Part shown: positions 18,001 to 24,829 of the stretch, one piece after another
Numbering within the stretch: the first letter of the stretch is position 1
Layout of the letters: every line of letters starts with the position of its first letter
Assembly (NCBI GenBank): GCA_051745145.1
Contig: JBNJDT010000020.1
Location: forward strand, 1 to 24,829
Direction of reading: 5' to 3'
DNA length: 24,829 nt
Source: Elusimicrobiota bacterium
Lineage (GTDB): Bacteria; CG03; SLGR01; JAGXOG01
The notes under the pieces: generated by a model
What the model was told of the DNA's origin: nothing
Seen by the model: only the letters and a program-made list of their open reading frames with translations
Database searches by the model: none
Program-made: the position numbers and the translations under genes

Positions 18001-18492
18001 TTAAAAATAATAGTGAACTCCCAAATTGAGAGAAAAAATCAATGTTGTTTCGGGAATAATATCAAATATGGGGCTGGCTTCTAAAAAAATTTCAATAGGC
18101 TGGGGGTAAAACACATAATTAGTGCCGGCTATTCCTCTAATTCCTAACCGGCTATCTTCTCCTTTATCGGTAATTTTAAATCTGGTGCCCGCTCCGGCAT
18201 AAGCATGCAGGGGGACGTCATCGACTTCATATTCAGCCAGATTGTGTTTTAAAAATTGGATCCTTAAGTTTATTTCATTCTCTTTAAGAGTTGACCAGGC
18301 TATATCTCCGTTCACAGCTCTGTCCATATCCAGCCATTTTTTAAAACTCAAACCCACTGCCCTCCCTACTGTTATGCCTACTCCTAATTGCTTTTCTTCA
18401 AGTTTAACTCTCTTTGTCAATAGAGAGTATGCTGACGCTTTTGATGCCAGTAATACAGTAATTATAAAAAAAGTTATCAGTTTTTTTGCCAT
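18001..18492 (-). CDS. Small outer-membrane beta-barrel protein (DUF3996-like)
   Basis: Signal peptide ending ASA, alternating hydrophobic/Gly strands (LGVGITVG, GLSFKKWL, AYAGAG, LGIRG..G, IEIFLEASP) and terminal LNLGVHYYF beta-signal. Family name is from recall. Confidence 0.7.
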   Translation of the reverse strand: MAKKLITFFIITVLLASKASAYSLLTKRVKLEEKQLGVGITVGRAVGLSFKKWLDMDRAVNGDIAWSTLKENEINLRIQFLKHNLAEYEVDDVPLHAYAGAGTRFKITDKGEDSRLGIRGIAGTNYVFYPQPIEIFLEASPIFDIIPETTLIFSLNLGVHYYF

Positions 18493-19053
18493 TTAATTTT
18501 TATCTACGTTCCCGGAAATAATTCCAAAATTCCCGCTGCCCAAATGATGCAGAGAACGACCTTCTTTATTTTCGGGCCAGACTCTTTCTTTAAAACCTTC
18601 CCTGAGAGCCGCAGCGTAAATTGCTTCGCCTATAATAAGAGATATACCCTCTATAGAAAGTTTTTTATGAACTTTGCATTCAATATATCCTAAAATTCCA
18701 ACGGGTATTTTGGCATTAACTCTATTGCCTTTAATTGAATTTATATTAAATTTTTCAAATTTATTGTACTCATCTCCGGATACTGAACCGACATCTCTTG
18801 CCAGGTCCGCCTGCCCGGTATTCGGCACACACGCTATAAATTCACCGGTTTCTTCTATGTTTTTATGGGTTTTATGAGATTTACCGACAGCTGCAAGAAC
18901 CCGGGTGGGCGATTTTCGTACGGGACAGTTCCAGGCAATCGGCGCAATATCATAATTCCCTTTTTCCGAGCGGGTGGAAATTAAAACCAGCGGACCGTGA
19001 TTTAGTAATCTGTAAGCTTTATCGAGCGCAATTTCCATGTAACCGTTATTCAT
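18493..19053 (-). CDS. Flavin reductase-like family protein (flavoredoxin/DIM6-NTAB type)
   Basis: AYRLLNHGPLVLIST, APIAW, THKNIEETGEF, GSVSG...NKF, IECKV, LHHLG. Start moved to ATG 19053 (SD AGGAG; overlaps the upstream stop). Confidence 0.88.
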   Translation of the reverse strand: MNNGYMEIALDKAYRLLNHGPLVLISTRSEKGNYDIAPIAWNCPVRKSPTRVLAAVGKSHKTHKNIEETGEFIACVPNTGQADLARDVGSVSGDEYNKFEKFNINSIKGNRVNAKIPVGILGYIECKVHKKLSIEGISLIIGEAIYAAALREGFKERVWPENKEGRSLHHLGSGNFGIISGNVDKN

Positions 19054-19555
19054 ATTTTTTAAACTCCTTATATACATAATTTCCTATATTTAATAGAGGT
19101 CTCTTTGCTTTATCGCCCCTGGCGGCTATAATTTCGCCACCGAACAAAGTGTGATCTCCGGTATCATACTGAAATTTTTTTTTACATTCAAAATTTACTC
19201 TTGCATTTTCCAGCACCGGTAGTTCTACTCTGTGTCCAGGTCTTGTTTTTATATTAATTTCGCCAAATTTATCTACATCCCTGCCCGAACAGTTTCCGGT
19301 ATATTTAATAATTTTTTTCTGTCCTTTTATCGGATAAGCAAGAACAAAATTTTCAAATTTCGTCATTAAATCGTGAGTATACCGGCTAAACCCAACTGAT
19401 ACTGCTATAATCGGCGGATTATGAGAAGTACGGGTAACCCATCCGGCGGGCATTATATTAACTGTATAACCCTTTTTTCCCGAAATTAGAAGAACCGGAT
19501 GTTCGGGTTTAGTTAAATCAGAAAGAGCTTTATTTATATCTAAGTTTTTTAACAT
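19046..19555 (-). CDS. Flavin reductase-like family protein
   Basis: NIMPAGW....S.NPP.IAVSV...RYT, G.CSGRDVDKF, FECK, GDHTLFGGEI. Confidence 0.9.
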   Translation of the reverse strand: MLKNLDINKALSDLTKPEHPVLLISGKKGYTVNIMPAGWVTRTSHNPPIIAVSVGFSRYTHDLMTKFENFVLAYPIKGQKKIIKYTGNCSGRDVDKFGEINIKTRPGHRVELPVLENARVNFECKKKFQYDTGDHTLFGGEIIAARGDKAKRPLLNIGNYVYKEFKKYE

Positions 19556-19564
19556 TTTACTTAA

Positions 19565-19593
19565 AGTATATTTTTATTACAGTTTTTTGTCAA
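19565..19593 (-). promoter_or_regulatory. Near-consensus sigma70 promoter of the flavin reductase/OMP operon
   Basis: TTGACA (19593-19588), 17 nt spacer, TATACT (19570-19565); 9 nt to the ATG at 19555. Confidence 0.75.
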
Positions 19594-19696
19594 AATTTCC
19601 TGACTATTGTTTTGCTGAAAAAGAAATGGCAGATTAAAATATTAAAAGCTTTTAGTCACAGATAATTAGAGTGAAATTGAGAAGACGATTTAACGT

Positions 19697-20665
19697 TTAT
19701 TTTACTTGTTTTCTTGCATAATTTATTATGTCTAATATCCCGGGCCCGTCATGAGAATTGTCGCTTACGTTATTTTTGGAAGAGGTTGCAAGTTTATCTT
19801 CTCTTTTGTTAATCCAGGTGTTTTTAGCCACAGACATTGCCGATCTGGTTCTATTTTTAAACCAGCTGCCGGCTCTTTTTGCTTTCCATGTCAGAGAATT
19901 TTTAGCAGTAACTATATCTGTCTTTAATTTGTATTTATAACTTTCCAGGACATTTCTGTTACTTTTTTTAACATTGAGCCATGGACTTCCCTGGGTTGCA
20001 GGCGACTCTCTTTTATCAACATAGATATGACTGTCCCCGTAAGCTGTATCAAAAAATCCGGAGTTGTTTTTATCATTTTCTTTTATAAAGGAGTGATCAA
20101 AATCAAATGCATCGGGCTGAAGATCAGTCATTAAATTTTCCTTCTGGCCCGAAAAGTTATTTTTATATCTCTCTATAAAACTAAAATCGTCCGGATGTCC
20201 GGCCATAGCCTGGGAATCCCTGGCCACATATAACGCGATTTTACCCTCTTCGTTTAAAAGTGCTTCTCTGGAGTATCGGGCGGGGCCGTTGTAGTGAGAC
20301 CAGGTATCCACATGCTGGATTTTACCCGTATCCGGATCAATTTCTGCTGAAAATCCTTCATTGTCCCATTTATGTTCTCCGATTCTGGTTCCCGGAATTA
20401 CAGGATCGTTGTGCTCGTACATCATATAAAAGTCAACCTGGCGGTTTCCGGTATCCGGATTTACGCCCCGGTCCCGGTAATAAGTCTGAACCGGTTTCCG
20501 GCCGCCTTCGGAATAGTTGATCTCAACCCGGCTTAACTCGCTTTCTATTTGGGGATCCCCCATAATATCCGGGGAATTACTATCCTGGGGGGAAGAATAA
20601 ACTGTTGACGGTAAGCTAAAAACTGATATTACTATAATTAAAATTGTTCTCTTAAAATAACTCAT
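19697..20665 (-). CDS. Hypothetical secreted protein, possible remote Vps62/NPP1-like domain
   Basis: Start moved from 20731 to ATG 20665 (SD AGGAGG), giving 322 aa with signal peptide MSYFKRTILIIVISVFSLPSTVYS. Motif series DFYMMY..N, GEHKWDNEG, TWSH, YVARDSQA. Confidence 0.75.
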   Translation of the reverse strand: MSYFKRTILIIVISVFSLPSTVYSSPQDSNSPDIMGDPQIESELSRVEINYSEGGRKPVQTYYRDRGVNPDTGNRQVDFYMMYEHNDPVIPGTRIGEHKWDNEGFSAEIDPDTGKIQHVDTWSHYNGPARYSREALLNEEGKIALYVARDSQAMAGHPDDFSFIERYKNNFSGQKENLMTDLQPDAFDFDHSFIKENDKNNSGFFDTAYGDSHIYVDKRESPATQGSPWLNVKKSNRNVLESYKYKLKTDIVTAKNSLTWKAKRAGSWFKNRTRSAMSVAKNTWINKREDKLATSSKNNVSDNSHDGPGILDIINYARKQVK

Positions 20666-20702
20666 AATCTGCCTCCTAAATTTTTCGCAGCCAAACCAAT
20701 GT

Positions 20703-20731
20703 AGCATAATAAATTTCCTAATCTTTTGCAA
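20703..20731 (-). promoter_or_regulatory. Sigma70-type promoter of the orphan secreted protein
   Basis: TTGCAA (20731-20726), 17 nt spacer, TATGCT (20708-20703), upstream of SD AGGAGG and ATG 20665. Confidence 0.55.
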
Positions 20732-20768
20732 ATATCTTAAGAGGTTTAATTTTTAAGTTATCTCTTTA

Positions 20769-21329
20769 TCAGGTGAATAAGAGTCCGGCGGCCACATTTT
20801 CTCTTATGCTTTTGCCGGCCAGCCTTTCTACTATATTCAGAGAAAAAGCCATGGCCGTGGCCGGTCCCCGGCTGGTTATAATATTGCCGTCTTCTACAAC
20901 TTTCATATCTTCTAATATTACGTCCCCGGGAAAATTATCTTCAAGCCCGGGATAGCAGGTTGCTTTTTTACCTCCCAGCACACCGGTGGGGGCAAGAACC
21001 ACCGCCGGAGAGGCGCAGATGGCGGCAACTAATTTGTTTTCTCGATTAAACATGTGAATTAAGTCGTTAACTAATTTAGAATCATGGAGATTGTCGGCTC
21101 CGGGCTGTCCGCCGGGAAGGATCAGGGCGTCAAAATCAGTCCCCGCTTCACTGAGCTCAGTGTCGGTAACAACCGTCATATCCCGCGACCCTTTAATTTT
21201 AGTACCTCCAAGTCCGGCTACCGTTACTTTTACATCTGCCCGTCTTAAAATATCTATAACGGTATTAGATTCAATCTCCTCAAATCCTTCGGCTAAAATA
21301 ACCAGAGCGGTTTTTGCGATCTTATTCAT
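20769..21329 (-). CDS. DJ-1/YajL/PfpI family protein (glyoxalase III / deglycase)
   Basis: LAEGFEEIE, DILRRA, DALILPGGQPGA, AAICASP (nucleophilic Cys), ATCYPG, ITSRGPATA; SD GGAGG. Confidence 0.95.
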   Translation of the reverse strand: MNKIAKTALVILAEGFEEIESNTVIDILRRADVKVTVAGLGGTKIKGSRDMTVVTDTELSEAGTDFDALILPGGQPGADNLHDSKLVNDLIHMFNRENKLVAAICASPAVVLAPTGVLGGKKATCYPGLEDNFPGDVILEDMKVVEDGNIITSRGPATAMAFSLNIVERLAGKSIRENVAAGLLFT

Positions 21330-21357
21330 ATTTATCCTCCCTTTCTTTACTTAAATT

Positions 21358-21876
21358 TTAATTTTCTTCGGTTTGAGGGGGAGTAAACACCCGCTGGCCC
21401 ATCTCTTTATCCAGCATATAAATTCCACCGGTTGTCTGATCTACCAGGTTTAGTTTGTCAATAATTTTTTTAACCGAATCTTCTTCTTCTACCTGTTCTT
21501 CGACAAACCAGTTCAGCATATTCTGGGCCGCGTGATCCCTCTCTTCTATGGCCAGCTCCATCAGATCATTTATTAAAGAGGTGACTTTCTGTTCATGCTT
21601 GTAAGTATATTCAAAAACATCCATTACCGATTCCCACCCGGATGGCGGAGCTTCCAGATCATCCATAACGGCCCGGCCGTCTCGTTCGGTAAGGTGATTG
21701 TAAAGCTTTTCGGCATGGGTCATCTCTTCTTTGGTCTGAGCTTTCATCCACCGGGCGAAACCCTCCAGTCCTACAGAATCCAGATAAGAAGCCATAGACA
21801 TATAAAGATACGCCGACCAGAGCTCCCGGTTTATCTGCCTGTTAATAGCTTTTTCTAATTTTTTACTTATAGCCAT
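21358..21876 (-). CDS. Non-haem ferritin (FtnA type)
   Basis: QINRELWSAYLY.SMA, EEMTHA, HEQKVT..IN, WFVEEQVEEE ferroxidase-centre motifs. Confidence 0.96.
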   Translation of the reverse strand: MAISKKLEKAINRQINRELWSAYLYMSMASYLDSVGLEGFARWMKAQTKEEMTHAEKLYNHLTERDGRAVMDDLEAPPSGWESVMDVFEYTYKHEQKVTSLINDLMELAIEERDHAAQNMLNWFVEEQVEEEDSVKKIIDKLNLVDQTTGGIYMLDKEMGQRVFTPPQTEEN

Positions 21877-21888
21877 CTTTAATCCTTT

Positions 21889-22059
21889 TTATTCGTCCTC
21901 TTTGACTATTTCAAAAGCTTCTTTTGGGGCGCCGCATACAGGGCATACCCAGTCTTCGGGAAGATCCTCAAACGACGTTCCCTGTTTTATTTCCTGGGTA
22001 TCGTCCCCTTTTTCGGGATCGTATATATAACCGCATACTGTACATACATATTTTGCCAT
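21889..22059 (-). CDS. Rubredoxin
   Basis: Not in ORF track (56 aa). [56 protein letters not shown]; two CxxCG iron-binding knuckles; SD GGAGG upstream. Confidence 0.97.
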   Translation of the reverse strand: MAKYVCTVCGYIYDPEKGDDTQEIKQGTSFEDLPEDWVCPVCGAPKEAFEIVKEDE

Positions 22060-22069
22060 AATAAACCTC

Positions 22070-23014
22070 CTATTTTCTTTCCATCACCTGTTTAACTTTG
22101 TTAACTATATCTATTGTATCAATTTTATACTTTTTTTGAAGCTCGGAAGGGGCCCCCGATTCACCGAAGCTGTCATCTACTGCTACCATCTCCAAGGGAA
22201 CCGGATATTCAGTAGCCAGAACTTCGGCCACCGCGCTGCCCAGCCCTCCGTATATCTGGTGGTTCTCGGCAGTGACTACCGCTCCAGTTTTCCGGGCGTA
22301 GTTTACAATTGTTTCTCTGTCAATAGGTTTTACGGTATGCATATTTATAACCGCGGTCTCCAGGCCTTTTTCAGCTAAAATTTCAGCTGCTTCCATGGCT
22401 TTGGGAACCATAAATCCCATGCTGATTATAGTTACATCCTCGCCTTCGCGGAGGACATTGGCCTTTCCCAGCTGGAAAGGCGTATCTTCATCTGTAATAA
22501 CCGGAGTAGAGGGCCGGCCGGTACGCATATAAAAAGGTCCGTCCTCTTTAGCAATGGCCCGGGTTGCTTTTTTAACTTCCAGGGCATCGCAGGGACAGAC
22601 CACTCTCATATTGGGTAGCACCCTCATAATGGCGATATCTTCAAGAGACTGAGCCGTTCCACCGTCGTCTCCTACTCCCAGACCTCCATGAGAACCTACC
22701 AGTTTAACGTTGCTTTCGTTGTAACATACAGAAATCCTAATCTGATCGTACGGCCGGTTGGTTAAAAAAACCGCAAAGGAGTTTACAAACGGAATAAACC
22801 CCGTCTTGCTAAAACCGGCGGCCTCGGATATCATATCCTGTTCTGATATACCGAAAGTAAAAAATCTTTCCGGATAATCCTCTTGAAAGTAACAGGCCCG
22901 GGTGGAATCTTCAAGATCCGCGGAAAGCACAACTATCTTTTCATTTTCGCCCCCCATCTCCCTCAAGGTTTCGCCGTAGCCGTTTCTAATAGGTTTTAGT
23001 TCACTACTTTTCAT
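22070..23014 (-). CDS. Transketolase, C-terminal subunit (split type)
   Basis: [26 protein letters not shown]...[16 protein letters not shown]...GGLGSAV, D.FGESG. Confidence 0.93.
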   Translation of the reverse strand: MKSSELKPIRNGYGETLREMGGENEKIVVLSADLEDSTRACYFQEDYPERFFTFGISEQDMISEAAGFSKTGFIPFVNSFAVFLTNRPYDQIRISVCYNESNVKLVGSHGGLGVGDDGGTAQSLEDIAIMRVLPNMRVVCPCDALEVKKATRAIAKEDGPFYMRTGRPSTPVITDEDTPFQLGKANVLREGEDVTIISMGFMVPKAMEAAEILAEKGLETAVINMHTVKPIDRETIVNYARKTGAVVTAENHQIYGGLGSAVAEVLATEYPVPLEMVAVDDSFGESGAPSELQKKYKIDTIDIVNKVKQVMERK

Positions 23015-23840
23015 TGTGTATCTCCTTTAAAGCCTTAGACAGCTCTGCATCTGAAGGGGCCTTTCCGTGCCATATATGCTGACCTTCCATAAAACTCACC
23101 CCCTTGCCCTTTACGGTATTGGCTTTTATAAAAAAAGGCCTCTCTTTTACTTTTAAAAACCTATCCAGGGCCTCTTTTATCTGGTTAAAATTGTGACCGT
23201 CTATTTCCACCACTTCCCAGTTAAAATCTTTTAACTTTTTTTCTAAAGGCTCCAGATTTTTTATTTTTTCTACAGGCCCGTTTTCCTGGACCCCGTTGTA
23301 ATCTAAGATAGCGCATACATTATCCAGATTGTGATGAGCGGCGGTCATTATTGCTTCCCAGACCTGTCCCTCCTGCATTTCACCGTCCCCTAAAAGGCAG
23401 TAGACGTTCACTGGATCAGTATTTTTGGATAAACCTGCCCCGAAAGCCATACCGTTAGCCGCTGAAAGCCCCTGGCCCAAGGAACCGGTAGATAATTCCA
23501 CACCCGGAACCCCGGTATAAACATGTCCTTGGAGAAGAGCTTCAAATTTTCTGAAATTCTTAAACTCCGCTTTATTAAAATAGCCTTCTTCCCCTAATAC
23601 GGCATACATTGCCGGACTGGCGTGCCCCTTGGACATTACAAACCTGTCCCTGTCCTCCCGGTCCGGTCGCTTCGGGTCGTGTTTCATATGGTACCCGTAA
23701 AGATAATTAAGAATATCTATGCAGGACAGCGATCCCCCGGGATGTCCCGATCCGGCGGAATTGATCATTTTTAGAATATTCTCCCGCATGGACCGGGATC
23801 TTCTCTTTAACTTTTCAATATCAAACTCTTCTTTTTTCAA
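23004..23840 (-). CDS. Transketolase, N-terminal (TPP-binding) subunit
   Basis: SGHPGGSLS, DRFVMSKGHASP, LQGH, STGSLGQGLS, GDGEMQEGQVWEA, TVKGKGVSFME...WHG; TTG start with SD AGGAG. Confidence 0.95.
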   Translation of the reverse strand: MKKEEFDIEKLKRRSRSMRENILKMINSAGSGHPGGSLSCIDILNYLYGYHMKHDPKRPDREDRDRFVMSKGHASPAMYAVLGEEGYFNKAEFKNFRKFEALLQGHVYTGVPGVELSTGSLGQGLSAANGMAFGAGLSKNTDPVNVYCLLGDGEMQEGQVWEAIMTAAHHNLDNVCAILDYNGVQENGPVEKIKNLEPLEKKLKDFNWEVVEIDGHNFNQIKEALDRFLKVKERPFFIKANTVKGKGVSFMEGQHIWHGKAPSDAELSKALKEIHNEK

Positions 23841-23862
23841 TTATAACTCTCCTTTTTGAATT

Positions 23863-24333
23863 CTATTCTATTTCCAGCTCGGTCTTTTTAGATTCTTCGG
23901 TTTTGGGCAGTTTCACAGTAAGAAGTCCCAGACGCCTGGTGGCCTGTGCTTTATCCACATCCACGGCGGCGGGCAGACCCAGAGTCCTGGAAAAGGTCTC
24001 TTTTCTTCGTTCTTTAATAATTTTTTGGCCTTTATCCTTCTCATTACTCTTTTGTGATTTTCCGGTAATGGTTAAACTGTTTTCATCGGCTGAAACCGAT
24101 ATCTCATCGGCCTTCAGTCCCGGTATTTCGGCCTCTATCACAATTCTATCTTTCTGTTCAGTCATATCCACCCGGGGATACCTGGCGGATTTTACCACTT
24201 CGGGAATCCGGTCCACAACGTCCTTTTTAATATCGGTTAATATCTGTTTTACCCCGAAATCCGGCATCTCCCGGAAAGTATCTTTAATTTTATCCACTTT
24301 AACTTTTTTAGCTTTTTCTGATTTTTTGTTCAT
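23863..24333 (-). CDS. Small heat-shock protein (Hsp20/alpha-crystallin family)
   Basis: PRVDM.E......IEAEIPGL....ISV......LTITG, ERR..TFSRTL.LP..VD...A.A....GLLTVKLPK. Start moved to ATG 24333 because the ORF-track GTG at 24342 overlaps the SD AGGAGGT. Confidence 0.92.
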   Translation of the reverse strand: MNKKSEKAKKVKVDKIKDTFREMPDFGVKQILTDIKKDVVDRIPEVVKSARYPRVDMTEQKDRIVIEAEIPGLKADEISVSADENSLTITGKSQKSNEKDKGQKIIKERRKETFSRTLGLPAAVDVDKAQATRRLGLLTVKLPKTEESKKTELEIE

Positions 24334-24373
24334 AATGAACACCTCCTACTTTTTCAGATCTCCTCTATTAATT

Positions 24374-24401
24374 ATTATAAAAATTAAAAGAAGAGGTTCA
24401 A
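24374..24401 (-). promoter_or_regulatory. Possible proximal sigma70 promoter (P2) of the hsp20 operon
   Basis: TTGAAC (24401-24396), 16 nt spacer, TATAAT (24379-24374). The region is AT-rich, so a chance match is possible. Confidence 0.45.
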
Positions 24402-24446
24402 AATTTTTTATATAATACCCGGAAGAGTTGCTTCCCGGAAAGCCAT

Positions 24447-24475
24447 ATTATATATTTGGATCTCCACCAGGTCAA
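24447..24475 (-). promoter_or_regulatory. Strong distal sigma70 promoter (P1) of the hsp20 operon
   Basis: TTGACC (24475-24470), 17 nt spacer, TATAAT (24452-24447). Confidence 0.75.
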
Positions 24476-24593
24476 CTTTGAAAAATTAGGATACCGGTAA
24501 TAGATCAAAGTTAATGTAAAGATTCTAAAACTAAAAAACGGTTTTTATATTTATTTAAATTCTAATTGAATAATAAAATTATTCTGGAATAAT

Positions 24594-24823
24594 TTAAAAG
24601 GTTCCTTCAATACTTACTCGCTGTGTGATTCCCAGGTTTAGAATACGGGATTACTGCGTAGCTCTTTTGAACTTTTTCCTTATTTTAACCTTTTATATCG
24701 TCGCTAAAAAAATAGAACCGTCCCCTTTTTAGAATTATTGTCCGGAATCGGCCAGGGGTATGCTCCCACTATTGCAGGTAATAAAAATAAAATTAATAAT
24801 AATACTGTAGTTCTCTTATTCAT
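24594..24823 (-). pseudogene. Degraded remnant of an exported/outer-membrane beta-barrel gene
   Basis: ATG 24823 gives signal-peptide-like MNKRTTVLLLILFLLPAIVGA, ending at TAG 24704 (39 aa). Downstream, with one extra A removed near 24639, the sequence reads SYAVIPYSNLGITQRVSIEGTF* (stop 24594), resembling a barrel C-terminus. Confidence 0.45.
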
Positions 24824-24829
24824 TTGTGA

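Noticed and set aside
19600..19696. Intrinsic terminator or sRNA after the orphan secreted gene
   Set aside because: No GC-rich hairpin followed by a U-tract and no recognisable RNA motif.
20666..20731. 22-aa N-terminal extension of the orphan secreted protein (TTG start at 20731)
   Set aside because: The TTG is part of the putative -35 box; ATG 20665 has an SD and yields a proper signal peptide.
32..24415. All + strand ORFs in the track (e.g. 347-709, 11013-11435, 16909-17337, 23903-24415)
   Set aside because: They are antisense shadows of well-supported - strand genes, with Ser/Phe/Ile-rich composition and no recognisable motifs.
24418..24440. Hairpin as a rho-independent terminator
   Set aside because: No U-tract follows it on either strand; it sits at the predicted P1 start, so it is better read as a 5' leader hairpin.
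24334..24593. CIRCE (HrcA), HAIR (HspR) or CtsR boxes before hsp20
   Set aside because: No TTAGCACTC-N9-GAGTGCTAA or CTTGAGT-N7-ACTCAAG; the single GGTCAA is just the -35 element, not a tandem CtsR heptad repeat.
1..24829. CRISPR array, IS/transposase, prophage, toxin-antitoxin or defence system
   Set aside because: No regularly spaced direct repeats, terminal inverted repeats or matching ORFs were seen; intergenic gaps are short and mostly explained by promoters and tRNAs.

Overview
AT-rich bacterial chromosomal window in which every real gene lies on the - strand. In transcription order (right to left): a degraded beta-barrel-like remnant; a stress operon (hsp20, split transketolase, rubredoxin, ferritin, DJ-1/YajL); an orphan secreted protein; two flavin-reductase-family genes plus a small outer-membrane beta-barrel; valS, an orphan exported protein, rph, rdgB, tRNA-Pro(UGG) and mscS; then tRNA-His(GUG), rplM, rpsI, sppA, Yip1, argC, argJ, tsaC, a YwlE-like phosphatase, glyA, upp, a wecA/tagO-like gene, wecB, a GAF-GAF-HD-GYP gene and the 5' end of nikR. 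The beta-barrel genes point to a diderm organism. The content is mostly housekeeping, with no CRISPR array, integrase, transposase or defence system visible. The interesting signals are small-scale. The YwlE-like phosphatase has no ATG/GTG/TTG before its catalytic motif (AUU start or -1 frameshift fusion to TsaC). The rdgB stop codon lies inside the tRNA-Pro gene. The HD-GYP domain has lost its HD motif. A candidate RNA thermometer and tandem promoters precede hsp20. Two promoters look near-leaderless, one secreted protein has a remote Vps62/NPP1-like motif pattern, and CCGG is strongly over-represented. All calls come from reading the sequence by eye; no searches were run.
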